This document shows, in pieces, positions 39,500-53,461 of a DNA stretch of 64,000 nucleotides. Every line of letters starts with the position of its first letter. Positions within the stretch are counted from its first letter, which is position 1. The notes under the pieces are model-generated. The model made no database searches and was not told where the DNA came from. It worked only from the letters and a program-made list of their open reading frames with translations. Location: contig CM126203.1 in the NCBI GenBank assembly GCA_052327205.1, positions 22,072,001-22,136,000 of the forward strand, given 5' to 3'. The translations under genes were made by a program, and so were the position numbers. The stretch is from Somniosus microcephalus (Eukaryota).

Positions 39500-40478
39500 T
39501 ACTCTGGTGACACTCGGCTCTCCCTTTCCACCACTTCTGTTAACCCCATAGCCTCCCCCATGCTGGCAGATTTCCTGTCCAATATCAAGTCTTCATTTAA
39601 CTGAACATCGGGAAGACCGAGCCCACTTTTTTCAGTGCCTGCCATAAACTCTGCTCCGCTGCCATTCTCCTCGTTGGCCAGTTGCTCTAACTGAACAAAG
39701 ACGTGTGCAACCTTGGGATCATGTCCAACACAGAGCTGAGATTCAATGATATGCTGATAGAGTTAGATGAAGTAGAGTTGGGCTCATGTGGAGCATAAAC
39801 ACCGCACAGACCAGTTGGGCTGAATGGCCCGTTTCTGTGCTGCAAATTCTACGTAAAAGCACACATCCTTTCCATCAGCAAGACTACCTACTTCTGCCTT
39901 CGCCTCAGAATCCATCACAAATGCTTCTGTCAATCCCTGATTCAATTACTCCCAGCAGTCTCCTTTGGCCTTCTATTTTCTACCCGCCATAAACTAAAGC
40001 TTTGCCAAAACACAGCTACCTATATCCTGTCACCCACTAAGGCCCTGGCTGCCCATCACTCCCAACCTCGCTGACCTATACTGGCTCCCTGTCCCCCAAC
40101 ACATACAAATTAAAATCCTTGTCCTCCTCTTCAATTCCCTCCCACAGTCTTATTCCTCCCTCACTCTGCAACCTCCTCCAGCCTTACAGCCCCTCCCATA
40201 CCTTCCGGTCCTCTGACTCTGGCCTACTGTGCTCGCCACCTCTCTCCACCCCACTACTGGTAGTAGAACCTTAACCCTACTCTCTAGAACTCCTTCCCTA
40301 AATCCTCACTACTGTTCTGTCCTCCTTTAAAAACATCTTCTCAAAACCCAGCTTTTTGACCTGCCTTCAATTAGTTCTCCTAACCCTCGCCTATGGTTCA
40401 TTCCTCTGGTTATTTATCGGTCAAGTGCCTTTGGACATTTTGTACATTGCACGGTGGTATATAAGTGCAAGCTGTTGT
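39500..40478 (+). mobile_element. Decayed L2 fragment with a CR1 tail inside (about 39745-39850); duplicated at about 44967-45945
   Basis: LADLYWLPVPQHIQIKIL motif, L2 tail TATATAAGTGCAAGCTGTTG. Confidence 0.7.
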
Positions 40479-40803
40479 AGTGAGAATTTTGGCTATTTAA
40501 AAGCCTTCAACCAAATGTTAATGATTTATGTTAGTTAACTGAAATAAATGTAGTCTTTGCCTCTACTTTAGCAGATGTTGAACCCAAATCAAGGTTTGCT
40601 TATTTGCTTTGTACAGTGAAGGAAGAGGCAGAATGTAAAAATAGCAAAACAAACTCGAGTGACCACAGCATAGGCTGAATGGCGTTACAGCACAGAAACA
40701 GACCAATGATTCTATTTCAAAAGAAATATCAAGTTAGGTTCCTCTGATGGCTGAGTTGGTAACGCAATGTCCATCATAGAAAAGAAAGACTTGCATTTAT
40801 ATA

Positions 40804-41566
40804 ATCCCAGAACTTCGGGTCTCCACGGGTGAGTATGCATGGGATACTCACCCGTAGGCCCGATGAAGTGCCGGTTTCCTGCATGCACTGCGCATGCGCG
40901 GGAAACCGGCACTTCCGTTCCTCTGAACGAAGAGGTTCAGAGGTTGAATGCGTGCGCGGGGGAGGCTGCGCGTGCGCATCAAACTTATTTTTTTTTTTAC
41001 AGGTTTCTCTGGGATCGTAAGCCTGCAGAAGTTAGAAATATAAAAAGCAGGCATAAGGCCTGCTTTTTACAAAGTAAGTGGTGAATTAATTAAAATTAAA
41101 ACATTTTTCCACACGTTTATTATTTTTAAATACTTTAAAGCAAGGTAAGTTTATTTTTAGCCCCGTTAGAATATAAAATAACTTTTTTCAAAAATTTAAA
41201 TTATTGTTTAAAATAGTTATTTCATGTAATTTATAGTTTATTTTAAAAATGTGATGTTTTTTAAAATTTATTTGAAGGTTTAGTGCTATTTTGGGGCTGT
41301 AGTATTTATAAGTCTTGACAGTTCTTCCTGTCAGACTTATGAATGGAGCATTCCCTGCTCCGATTGGCTGCCCATGGCCCACTTGATCCCAGGGGACGCA
41401 TCAAACTAACTGCGCCCCTGGGATACGCAAGCACTGCGCGCCGGCAGCTGGGCCAGGCTCCGGATCGGAATTCCACGGGACCCTACAGCTCAACTGCCGG
41501 CGCGCAAGGTAAGTGCAGGTTGGGGGCTTGCGCCCACGGGAAGCCCCCGACCCGAATTTCTGGAAT
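40804..41566. mobile_element. Harbinger-like MITE (second copy 46273-47028)
   Basis: TIR ATCCCAGAACTTCGGGT / ACCCGAATTTCTGGAAT (15/17); AT-rich centre; internal hairpin AAAAGCAGGC..GCCTGCTTTT. Confidence 0.7.
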
Positions 41567-41876
41567 ATTTTTCATAACCTCAGGCCATCCCAAAGAGCTT
41601 TACAGTCAATGAAGTACAGTACTTGGGAATTGTAATCACTGTTGTTGTGTAAGAAATGGGGTAGCCAATTTTTAGACAGCAAACTCCCACAATGTGATAA
41701 TGGCCAGATAATCTGTTTTAGTGATGTTGGTTGGCTAGGACAATGGGGAGAACTCCCCTGCTCATCTTCAAATAGTGCCATGGGATCTTTTACATCCACC
41801 TGAGAGAGCAGACGGGGCCTCGTTTAACGTCTCATCCAAAAGACGGCACCTCCAATGGTGCAGCATTCCCTCAGTA

Positions 41877-42211
41877 CAGGAAACTCTCGATTTACCGGCA
41901 CCCAAATAACCGGAAATCTCGGTTAACCGGCAAAATTCAGGAGTAGGTTCAGGTAAGTTTTACTTCATATTACTTGCCTTCCTCAATCTGTTGCTGTGCA
42001 ATCGGGTGTGGCTGCAGCTGTTGCTAAGCTACAGAGAGGCTTGGAACTTGTGGCCATTGTTCTGCTCCTGTTGCTAAGCAACCGGGTTTGTTGCTTTATA
42101 CGGAGCTCTCAGCACTCCGTATCTTTCACTATAGCTCTCGGTTATCCAGAATTTTTGATGAACCGGCACCACGTCGGTCCCGTTGGTGCTGGATAAAAAA
42201 AGAGTTTCCTG
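41877..42211. mobile_element. pogo/Tigger-like MITE, family of 34321-34656, opposite orientation (second copy 47339-47676)
   Basis: TA-CAGGAAACTCT..AGAGTTTCCTG-TA. Confidence 0.8.
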
Positions 42212-43902
42212 TATTGTATTAATGTGTCAGCCTCAGTGGTAAGTACAAATAATGACTTCCTGTTTCCTGTAATGTACAAAGAAATAGGCAATGAGGAAAA
42301 TGGGAGAGAGAAAAAGAGAGTGGGAGAGCAGGAGAGAGAGAGAAGGATAGGGAAAAGGGAGAGAGGAGAAAGAGAGAGAGGAGAATGAGAGAGGAGCGAG
42401 AGAGAGAGAGAGATGGAAAATTCAAACCAGTCCCTGGCCCTTAACTCCACACACCAAAAAAATGTAAATCACATTAAAAAATATCCATTTTAAAACCTTT
42501 CCCCTTAAGATACTTCATTTCTTTCCCTCCTAAAACAAACTCACAGTGTGGCGCTGTATTGCCCGCCTGGGAGTTGCTTAAAGGTGATGTCACGTCTGAC
42601 TAATGCCTGCAGAAGTAAGCACAGCTCCCTTGCCCATTGTCTCGCAATCCAAACTCTGCCCAATTATGATCAATTCCCTGCCCCCTCGCCCCCAGCCCGT
42701 TCTGTAATAAGCACAGACTCTGGGGAATACAGCTTTTAGAAAGATTGATCGGCGCTGCCGCTAAGTGTACCTAACACTAATGGTTGTGGCTTACCGACCC
42801 CAGATGAGTCTGCAGTTCAAGTCCAAGTGCTGCAGTGTCCAACTCATTTATCAGAACAGTGACGGGTTTGGGGCGTTTCTTGGTCAAGCTGCTGGGTAAA
42901 GTGTCTGACACCCAACAGAAGGGGCAAGGACACACAGACTGCCCCGACTTAACGATGCTTCTCCCCTCTGTACCCAGTTACTCTGCTTCTCAGGGTCTTG
43001 CTCCCCCGAGCCTTACTTTTCAGCTCATTGTATAATCCAAGTGGTTAAGGTACCAACAACAATTTGCATTTATATAGCACCCTTTAACGTAAAAGAAAAT
43101 GGCCAATGCGCAGCACAGGAAAATATACAGATACTGTTGATCTTTTTCAGTATGGTTGCTTTCACCAGCAGTCAAGTTTGTGAAATACTTATAAAAAAAA
43201 ATTAGAGGGAGCATTGGTATATGTGCATGGTCCCATTATCTGGCTGCGCGGCTCATTCAAATTTTCACCCGTGCGCAGTTTCTCCCATGTATAAGCCAGA
43301 GACCGGCCTGTGCAAGACCTCCAGACCACTGCGCGGCCACACAGTTTAATGGGGACGTTGATTTATACACGATAGTTGCTCACCACAATACTGTCATCTG
43401 GTNNNNNNNNNNNNNNNNNNNNNNNNNNNNNNNNNNNNNNNNNNNNNNNNNNNNNNNNNNNNNNNNNNNNNNNNNNNNNNNNNNNNNNNNNNNNNNNNNN
43501 NNNNNNNNNNNNNNNNNNNNNNNNNNNNNNNNNNNNNNNNNNNNNNNNNNNNNNNNNNNNNNNNNNNNNNNNNNNNNNNNNNNNNNNNNNNNNNNNNNNN
43601 NNNNNNNNNNNNNNNNNNNNNNNNNNNNNNNNNNNNNNNNNNNNNNNNNNNNNNNNNNNNNNNNNNNNNNNNNNNNNNNNNNNNNNNNNNNNNNNNNNNN
43701 NNNNNNNNNNNNNNNNNNNNNNNNNNNNNNNNNNNNNNNNNNNNNNNNNNNNNNNNNNNNNNNNNNNNNNNNNNNNNNNNNNNNNNNNNNNNNNNNNNNN
43801 NNNNNNNNNNNNNNNNNNNNNNNNNNNNNNNNNNNNNNNNNNNNNNNNNNNNNNNNNNNNNNNNNNNNNNNNNNNNNNNNNNNNNNNNNNNNNNNNNNNN
43901 NN

Positions 43903-46900
43903 GAGAGACAGACTGTTTTATATATACAGATACAGAGAGAGAGACGGTCCCCGTGTATATTGTATACAGAGAGAGACGGTCCCCGTGTATATTATATACA
44001 GAGAGAGACGGTCCCCGTGTATATTATATACAGAGCGAGAGATGGTCCCCGTGTATATTATATACAGAGAGCGACAGTCCCCGTGTATATTATATACAGA
44101 GAGAGATGGTCCCCGTGTATATTATATAGAGAGAGAGACGGTTCCCGTGTATATTATATACAGAGAGAGACGGTCCCCGTGTATATTATATACAGAGAGA
44201 GACGGTCCCCGTGTATATTATATACAGAGAGAGACGGTCCCCGTGTATATTATATACAGAGAGAGAGACGGTCCCCGTGTATATTATACAGAGAGGGACT
44301 GTCCCCGTGTATATTATATACAGAGAGAGACGGTCCCCGTGTATATTATATACAGAGAGAGACGGTCCCCGTGTATATTATATACAGAGAGAGACGGTCC
44401 CTGTGTATATTATATACAGAGAGAGACGGTCCCCGTGTATATTATATACAGAGAGAGACGGTCCCCGTGTATATTATAGAGAGAGAGACGGTCCCCGTGT
44501 ATATTATATACAGAAAGAGAGACGGTCCCCGTGTATATTATATACAGAGAGAGATGGTCCCCGTGTATATTATATACAGAGCGAGACCGTCCCCGTGTAT
44601 ATTATATACAGTCACTTCAACTCGATCTCAGACTCCAATGGTAGAAAGAATATGCCTGAAGGCTGAATTGTTTTGCATTGATTGTTAATAACGCGCATGT
44701 ATACTCAAGCAATAAATTACTGTACTGCCACCAGACACTATATTCCAACTACTATGATCGGCATACACAATCATGGTCGAAGCTTTCATAAAATAAGATG
44801 ACAGATTCATGATTCAATAGGTAGTAAAGGGAATGGAGTTGGTTCCAATGTGAGAGAGAAATGAAATTGTTTTGAGTTGAACTACAATGAGAGTTTGATG
44901 GATTGGAAAGCGGTTTCCCATTTCTGTCTTATTAAACTTTACAATTGTTTGCACCCTTTTTTTTCGTACTCTGGTGACACTCGGCTCTCCCTTTCCACCA
45001 CTTCTGTTAACCCCATAGCCTCCCCCATGCTGGCAGATTTCCTGTCCAATATCAAGTCTTCATTTAACTGAACATCGGGAAGACCGAGCCCACTTTTTTC
45101 AGTGCCTGCCATAAACTCTGCTCCGCTGCCATTCTCCTCGTTGGCCAGTTGCTCCAACTGAACAAAGACGTGTGCAACCTTGGGATCATGTCCAACACAG
45201 AGCTGAGATTCAATGATATGCTGATAGAGTTAGATGAAGTAGAGTTGGGCTCATGTGGAGCATAAACACCGCACAGACCAGTTGGGCTGAATGGCCCGTT
45301 TCTGTGCTGCAAATTCTACGTAAAAGCACACATCCTTTCCATCAGCAAGACTACCTACTTCTGCCTTCGCCTCAGAATCCATCACAAATGCTTCTGTCAA
45401 TCCCTGATTCAATTACTCCCAGCAGTCTCCTTTGGCCTTCTATTTTCTACCCGCCATAAACTACAGCTTTGCCAAAACACAGCTACCTATATCCTGTCAC
45501 CCACTAAGGCCCTGGCTGCCCATCACTCCCAACCTCGCTGACCTATACTGGCTCCCTGTCCCCCAACACATACAAATTAAAATCCTTGTCCTCCTCTTCA
45601 ATTCCCTCCCACAGTCTTATTCCTCCCTCACTCTGCAACCTCCTCCAGCCTTACAGCCCCTCCCATACCTTCCGGTCCTCTGACTCTGGCCTACTGTGCT
45701 CGCCACCTCTCTCCACCCCACTACTGGTAGTAGAACCTTAACCCTACTCTCTAGAACTCCTTCCCTAAATCCTCACTACTGTTCTGTCCTCCTTTAAAAA
45801 CATCTTCTCAAAACCCAGCTTTTTGACCTGCCTTCAATTAGTTCTCCTAACCCTCGCCTATGGTTCATTCCTCTGGTTATTTATCGGTCAAGTGCCTTTG
45901 GACATTTTGTACATTGCACGGTGGTATATAAGTGCAAGCTGTTGTAGTGAGAATTTTGGCTATTTAAAAGCCTTCAACCAAATGTTAATGATTTATGTTA
46001 GTTAACTGAAATAAATGTAGTCTTTGCCTCTACTTTAGCAGATGTTGAACCCAAATCAAGGTTTGCTTATTTGCTTTGTACAGTGAAGGAAGAGGCAGAA
46101 TGTAAAAATAGCAAAACAAACTCGAGTGACCACAGCATAGGCTGAATGGGCGTTACAGCACAGAAACAGACCAATGATTCTATTTCAAAAGAAATATCAA
46201 GTTAGGTTCCTCTGATGGCTGAGTTGGTAAACGCAATGTCCATCATAGAAAAGAAAGACTTGCATTTATATAATCCCAGAACTTCGGGTCTCCACGGGTG
46301 AGTATGCATGGGGTACTCACCCGTAGGCCCGATGGAAGTGCCGGTTTCCTGCATGCGCGGGAAACCGGCACTTCCGTTCCTCTGAACGAAGAGGTTCAGA
46401 GGTTGAATGCGTGCGCGGGGGAGGCTGCGCGTGCGCATCAAACTTATATATTTTTTTTTTACAGGTTTCTCTGGGATCGTAAGCCTGCAGAAGTTAGAAA
46501 TATAAAAAGCAGGCATAAGGCCTGCTTTTTACAAAGTAAGTGGTGAATTAATTAAAATTAAAACATTTTTCCACACGTTTATTATTTTTAAATACTTTAA
46601 AGCAAGGTAAGTTTATTTTTAGCCCCGTTAGAATATAAAATTATATTTTTCAAAAATTTAAATTATTGTTTAAAATAGTTATTTCATGTAATTTATAGTT
46701 TATTTTAAAAATGTGATGTTTTTTAAAATTTATTTGAAGGTTTAGTGCTATTTTGGGGCTGTAGTATTTATAAGTCTTGACAGTTCTTCCTGTCAGACTT
46801 ATGAATGGAGCATTCCCTGCTCCGATTGGCTGCCCATGGCCCACTTGATCCCAGGGGACGCATCAAACTAACTGCGCCCCTGGGATACGCAAGCACTGCG

Positions 46901-48881
46901 CGCCGGCAGCTGGGCCAGGCCCCGGATCGGAATTCCACGGGACCCTACAGCTCAACTGCCGGCGCGCAAGGTAAGTGCAGGTTGGGGGCTTGCGCCCACG
47001 GGAAGCCCCCGACCCGAATTTCTGGAATATTTTTCATAACCTCAGGCCATCCCAAAGAGCTTTACAGTCAATGAAGTACAGTACTTGGGAATTGTAATCA
47101 CTGTTGTTGTGTAAGAAATGGGGTAGCCAATTTTTAGACAGCAAACTCCCACAATGTGATAATGGCCAGATAATCTGTTTTAGTGATGTTGGTTGGCTAG
47201 GACAATGGGGAGAACTCCCCTGCTCATCCTCAAATAGTGCCAAGGGATCTTTTACATCCACCTGAGAGAGCAGACGGGGCCTCGTTTAACATCTCATCCA
47301 AAAGACGGCACCTCCAATAGCGCAGCATTCCCTCAGTACAGGAAACTCTCGATTTACCGGCACCCAAATAACCGGAAATCTCGGTTAACCGGCAAAATTC
47401 AGGAGTAGGCTCAGGTAAGTTTTACTTCATATTACTTGCCTTCCTCAATCTGTTGCTGTGCAATCGGGTGTGGCTGCAGCTGTTGCTAAGCTACAGAGAG
47501 GCTTGGAACTTGTGGCCATTGTTCTGCTCCTGTTGCTAAGCAACAGGGTTTGTTGCTTTATACGGAGCTCTCAGCACTCCATATCTTTCACTATAGCTCT
47601 CGGTTATCCAGAATTTTTGATGAACCGGCACCACGTCGGTCCCGTTGGTGCTGGATTAAAAAAAAAGAGTTTCCTGTACTGTATTAATGTGTCAGCCTCA
47701 GTGGTAAGTACAAATAATGACTTCCTGTTTCCTGTAATGTACAAAGAAATAGGCAATGAGGAAAATGGGAGAGAGAAAAAGAGAGTGGGAGAGCAGGAGA
47801 GAGAAGGATAGGGAAAAGGGAGAGAGGAGAAAGAGAGAGAGGAGAATGAGAGAGGAGCGAGAGAGAGAGAGAGAGAGAGAGATGGAAAATTCAAACCAGT
47901 CCCTGGCCCTAACTCCACACACCAAAAAAATGTAAATCACATTAAAAAATATCCATTTTAAAACCTTTCCCCTTAAGATACTTCATTTCTTTCCCTCCTA
48001 AAACAAACTCACAGTGTGGCGCTGTATTGCCCGCCTGGGAGTTGCTTAAAGGTGATGTCACGTCTGACTAATGCCTGCAGAAGTAAGCACAGCTCCCTTG
48101 CCCATTGTCTTGCAATCCAAACTCTGCCCAATTATGATCAATTCCCTGCCCCCTCGCCCCCCCCCCCCCCCCCACCCCGTTCTGTAATAAGCACAGACTC
48201 TGGGGAATACAGCTTTTAGAAAGATTGATCGGCGCTGCCGCTAAGTGTACCTAACACTAATGGTTGTGGCTTACCGACCCCAGATGAGTCTGCAGTTCAA
48301 GTCCAAGTGCTGCAGTGTCCAACTCATTTATCAGAACAGTGACGGGTTTGGGCGTTTCTTGGTCAAGCTGCTGGGTAAAGTGTCTGACACCCAACAGAAG
48401 GGGCAAGGACACACAGACTGCCCCGACTTAATGATGCTTCTCCCCTCTGTACCCAGTTACTCTGCTTCTCAGGGTCTTGTTCCCCCGAGCCTTACTTTTC
48501 AGCTCATTGTATAATCCAAGTGGTTAAGGTACCAACAACAATTTGCATTTATATAGCACCCTTTAACGTAAAAGAAAATGGCCAATGCGCAGCACAGGAA
48601 AATATACAGATACTATTGATCTTTTTCAGTATGGTTGCTTTCACCAGCAGTCAAGTTTGTGAAATACTTATAAAAAAAAATTAGAGGGAGCATTGGTATA
48701 TGTGCATGGTCCCATTATCTGGCTGCGCGGCTCATTCAAATTTTCACCCGTGCGCAGTTTCTCCCATGTATAAGCCAGAGACCGGCCTGTGCAAGACCTC
48801 CAGACCACTGCGCGGCCACACAGTTTAATGGGGACGTTGATTTATACACGATAGTTGCTCACCACAATACTGTCATCTGGT
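43903..48881 (+). repeat. Copy 2 of the ~5-kb duplication (minisatellite at 43903-44611)
   Basis: Differs from copy 1 by scattered SNPs, homopolymer/microsatellite lengths and one short indel; runs on into unique sequence. Confidence 0.95.
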
Positions 48882-49819
48882 ACTAAACAAAGTGCTTAAG
48901 ATTCCTAATGAACATCCAGGTAAAGCTTACACCAGTCTGCTTCGTGAGCCTTGCCCTGATATCTGGCAGTTTCAATGATCAAACATACAATGGAATGTAC
49001 CCACATTTCCTGGAACGTTTGCTCCTGTCATAACCTCACTCTGAAAGGTCGCGCTCAGGATGTCACACTCATTCCCAAATTGCTACGATGCCTATACTGA
49101 TGTGGGGGGAGCTGGATGTCAATGGAGCACTCTCCAACGTCAGTACTGACCTGAAATAAAATCTTACTGTTACAGACACAGCGGGCAACACTGACTACTT
49201 TCACCATGAGAAGCACAAGAGGACCACCAGCTCGGTGGGAGTTATACTATCACAATACAAGTTGACCTCAGCTCGTCGCTTATATTGGGAGAGGGAGGGA
49301 CTTGGCCTGTGGCACTCCCCTTCATTCAATGTCCTCTTTTGAGCACTGCTGCAATCCAGGAATGAGCATAGGAACATTGTGATGTTCACAATCACCTTGA
49401 TATGCAGGATGGCCATTGAGTTATCTGGTCTCAACCAGTAGTAGGCGCTAGATCCAGTAGCCACTGCTAAAAAGTGTATGCGGTTTAGCATGAGCTTGCA
49501 AGCTGAGCCAGACAGGCAGGAAGATCCTGGGTTCACTCGCAGGTCTGTGGTTGAGCTATTCTCAGTCAGGGCAGCAACATGGGTGCTAGAATCGACCTTC
49601 GCATACCTGGTTCAGGGGCAGAAAAAAAATCAGCCGGAGTTCCTGCTCATGATCACTGACCAGCAATACTGCTGAAAGAGTGTGTGTGTACGTACTCATG
49701 TGCTTGCATACATGCGGGTGTGGGTGTATGGGCAGGCACGAGTGGGCATTCATACTAATGAGGATTCCATATGTAGAGAAACCCCATAAGCATGGATGGA
49801 ATACCGCCAAAAATACACC

Positions 49820-50242
49820 TAGATATCAAATTTTTAAAAATCACATTTAAAATTAATCAAAATGACAGTTAATTAAATATTTAAAACAAAAATGTAACTT
49901 TTTGAAAAATAAATTTACATGTTTTAAACGGGCTAAACAGAAACTTATCTTATTTAACAAGTTTTTAAATGTGTAAATTATTGAAAAAAAATGTTTTTCT
50001 GTTTTTTAAAAATTCTTATTCTGGTAAAAGCAGGCCTTACGCCTGCTTTTATCAGGTGTAAGAATTTCATGGGCATTCGCTGGACAGAAGTTGGGCAAAT
50101 AGCGCAACTCTCCACCCGCGGATGCCCTTTTCCCGGGGATGCGTGCGACCTGCACAGCGCATGGCTAAACCCGGAACTTGCGCAGCACCTACGGGCGCGT
50201 GCGCACCTCGTACGCACCCGTAGGGGCCGCAAATTACAGCCC
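49820..50242. mobile_element. Half of a Harbinger-like MITE related to 40804-41566, reverse orientation
   Basis: Shares the AAAAGCAGGC..GCCTGCTTTT hairpin and AT-rich block; ends GCAAATTACAGCCC. Confidence 0.55.
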
Positions 50243-50317
50243 ATTGTTTCCGCAGATTCGTTTTAAATTTATGTGTCCTCTGGTTTTATTGTTCTGGACC
50301 AGGTGAAACAGCTCGTC

Positions 50318-52410
50318 TTAGAGTCATAGAGTTTTACAGCACAGAAAGAGGCCCTTCGGCCCATCGTGTCTGCGCCGCCCATCCATCCCTGTCCAGTCTA
50401 ATCCCATTTTCCAGCATTTGGTCCATAGCCTTGTATGCAATGGCATTTCAAGTGCTCATCCAAATGCTTCTTGAATGTTGTGAGGGTTCCTGCCTCTACC
50501 ACCCTTTCAGGCATTGAGTTCCACATTCCAACCACCCTCTGGGTGAAGAAGTTCCTCCTCAAATCCCCTCTAAATCTCCTGCCCCTTACCCTGAATCTAT
50601 GCCCCCTTGTTATTGACCCCCCTACTAAGGGGAAAAGTTCCTCTTTATCTACCCTATCTATGCCCCTCATCATTTTGTACACCTCAATCAGGTCCCCCCT
50701 CAGCCTTCTTTGCTCCAAGGAAAACAACCCCAGCCTGTCCAGCCTCTCTTCATAGCTGAGGCGCTCCATCCCAGGTAACATCCTGGTGAATCTTCTCTGC
50801 ACCCTCTCCAAAGCAATCACATCCTTCCTATAGTGAGGCGACCAGAACTGCACACAGTACTCCAGCTGTGGCCTCACCAGCATTTTGTACAGCTCCATCA
50901 TAACCTCCCTGCTCTTATATTCTATGCCTCGGCTAATGAAGGCAAGTATCCCATATGCCTTTTTAACCACCTTATCTACCTGTTCCACTGCCTTCAGGGA
51001 TCTATGTACATGTACACCAAGGTCCCTCTGACCCTCTGTACTTCCTAGGGTCCTACCACTCATTGTGTATTCCCTTGCCTTATTTGTCCGTCCAAAATGC
51101 ATCACCTCGCACTTTTCAGGGTTAAATTCCATTTGCCACTTTTCCGCCCATCTGACCAACCCGTTTATATCGTCCTGTAGCCTGAGGCTTTCCTCCTCGC
51201 AATTTACCACCCCACCAATTTTCGTGTCATCTGCGAACTTACTGATCATACCTTTTACATTCTCATCCAAATCATTTATGTAGATCACAAACAACAAGGG
51301 ACCCAGCACCGATCCCTGAGGTACCCCACTGGACACAGGCTTCCAGTCACAAAAGCAACCTTCGACCATCACCCTCTGCCTCCTGCCACTCAGCCAGTTT
51401 AGGATCCCATGGGCTCTTACCTTCTTGACCAGTCTCCTATGCGGGACTTTGTCAAAAGCTTTACTGAAGTCCATGTAAACCACATCCACAGCATTTCCCT
51501 CATCCACCCCCCTAGTCACCCCCTCGAAAAATTCAATCAGATTTGTCAGACATGATTTACCCTTGACAAAGCCATGCTGACTATCCCCGATTAATCCTTG
51601 CCTCTCCAAGTGGAGACTAATTTTGTCCCTCAGAATTTTTTCCAATAATTTCCCTACCACAGATGTTAGGCTCACTGGCCTGTAATTCCCTGGTTTATCC
51701 CTGCTACCCTTCTTGAATAATGGTACTACGTTAGCTGTTCTCCAGTCCTCTGGTACATCCCCTGTGGCCAGAGAGGTTCTGAAAATTTGTGTCAGAGCCC
51801 CTGCAATCTCCTCCTTTGCCTCCCACAGCAGCCTGGGATACATCTCGTCCGGGCCTGGGGATTTATCCACTTTTTGGCCTGCTAAAACCGCTAGCACCTC
51901 CTCCCTCTCGATGCTAATATGTTCAAGTATGTCACAGTCCCCTTGCCCGATTTCTATGTCTGCATCGTCTTTCTCCATAGTGAACACAGATGCAAAAAAT
52001 TCATTTAAAACCCCGCCTACCTCATCTGGCTCTACACACAGATTGCCACTTTGGTCCCTAATGGGCCCTACCCTTTCCCTGGTTATCCTCTTGCCCTTAA
52101 TATACTTATAAAACATCTTAGGATTTTCCTTTATTTTGCTCGCCAGTGTTATTTCATGGCCCCTCCTCACCCTCCTAATTTCTTTTTTAAGTACGCCCCT
52201 GCACTTTTTATACTCCTCTAGGGCTTCTTCTGTCTTTAGTCTTTTGTAACTGCCAAAAGCCCCCCTTTTATTCCTAATGCATTTTTGTATATCCCTTGTC
52301 ATCCAAGGTTCCCTTTGCTTGTTGGTCCCACCCTTGACCTTTACAGGAACATGTTGGCGTTGTACTCTCTCTATTTCCCTTCTGAAAGTCTCCCACTGTT
52401 TTGATGTCTT
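50318..52410 (-). mobile_element. Young 5'-truncated CR1 LINE nested in an older CR1 fragment (50260-50317 and 52411-52560)
   Basis: Uninterrupted RT reading frame, 3' UTR and tail; older CR1 sequence on both sides. Confidence 0.92.
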
Positions 52411-52419
52411 GGTTGACAT
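50398..52419 (-). pseudogene. CR1 ORF2 fragment, 673 open codons (RT, no endonuclease)
   Basis: [33 protein letters not shown]; short in-frame deletion at AHGI/LNWL. Confidence 0.9.
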
Positions 52420-53289
52420 TATCTAGTCCCTTCAGAATCTTAAAAGCAGCAATCACCTCTCTCAGCCTTCTCTTTTCCAGTGAGAACGGGCCCAAGTTTA
52501 CATAATCGCTCCTCAAAATTCACTCTGCTCAAACAATCTGGCTGCTCTCTTCTGTATCCTTTATATAGAGATCAGTGTCTAACAAAGAATGGTACATGGC
52601 ACATGGGAGGAAGGAATCAACAGGAATCTGAAAACATTGTTTAAAAAAACACAGTGGATAGGTTGTGTTGGGTTGCCAAGATGCAAGCCCAGAGCTTCTC
52701 CATGATCCTCTGGACGCTCCAACAACTACAGTTCAGTAGAAGGTACTAACTCTGTATCTGAACACCTGCAGGCAAGGAACGGAATTCCAGGTGACCGCAC
52801 TGCCTGGAAGACTATTCCGGGGTGGGAAAAGCTGGTGTTTCATACAAACCTTGATGCGGAATGCTGAGGGTCACATACAGCAGAGCTTGCAATTGTGCCA
52901 TGAGTGGGGACATCGGGCAGAAAACGTCGTCGCCGCCGTTTTGGATCAGGGCCTTGCAGAGGACCGACAAAGCAAAGTCTGAGAAGCTGGACTCTAGGGA
53001 GGATGAGCTTTATGCAGCATGGTCTTAACTGAGTCCAGAAGTAATAGAATGGGTTTTCTCTGCAGCAAACACTCATATGATGACACTAACAAGTAACACA
53101 TTGTTTATCTGGACAGCTTTGAAACTATTGCTGTATAACTCAATTAGCAAGAAGATTGGGTAATTGAAATTATGCCTGATGGTGGAGTGGTCAACATACT
53201 TGCTCAAAGATCTCAGTCGCTTTTATTTTATAGTGTTACCTAGCAACAGCTACAATTAATATTTCATACATCAACCATTTGCTGCCCAA

Positions 53290-53461
53290 TTAAACATCTT
53301 CAATACTCTCCTCCTTGGATACAGACTCGGAACTGGGGAACACCATGGAAAGTATAGCAGAGAAACCATGAACCACGAGCCTTGCAGCCCTGAGTGTTAC
53401 AGAAGAAAGTGAGTCCCTGTCAGGAGTCGGAACGTACATTGTGACATTTTGAGGAGCGATC
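53290..53461 (-). CDS. Last coding exon of an unidentified host gene (..IAPQNVTMYVPTPDRDSLSSVTLRAARLVVHGFSAILSMVFPSSESVSKEESIEDV*)
   Basis: Acceptor CACTGCAG|G; phase 2 matches the preceding exon; TAA stop; AATAAA at 53227-53222. Confidence 0.65.

Larger units (their letters stand above)
40780..42235 (-). mobile_element. Deu-domain SINE interrupted by two MITEs; duplicated at about 46249-47700
   Basis: Tail at 40780-40803, body 41567-41876, resumes 42212-42235. Confidence 0.75.
38464..43402 (+). repeat. Copy 1 of a ~5-kb near-identical direct duplication
   Basis: Collinear with 43903-48881; bounded by N gaps on both sides. Confidence 0.95.

Noticed and set aside
38464-44688. Regular ~30-bp repeats suggesting a CRISPR array, and long ORFs over them
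   Set aside because: Head-to-tail units without unique spacers, no cas genes, eukaryotic context; the ORFs are translations of a stop-poor minisatellite and N runs.
52848-52993. Minus-strand exon-like open segment (SSFSDFALSVLCKALIQNGG..)
   Set aside because: Lies beyond the stop codon and poly(A) signal of the three-exon model and has a weak donor; an alternative exon cannot be excluded.
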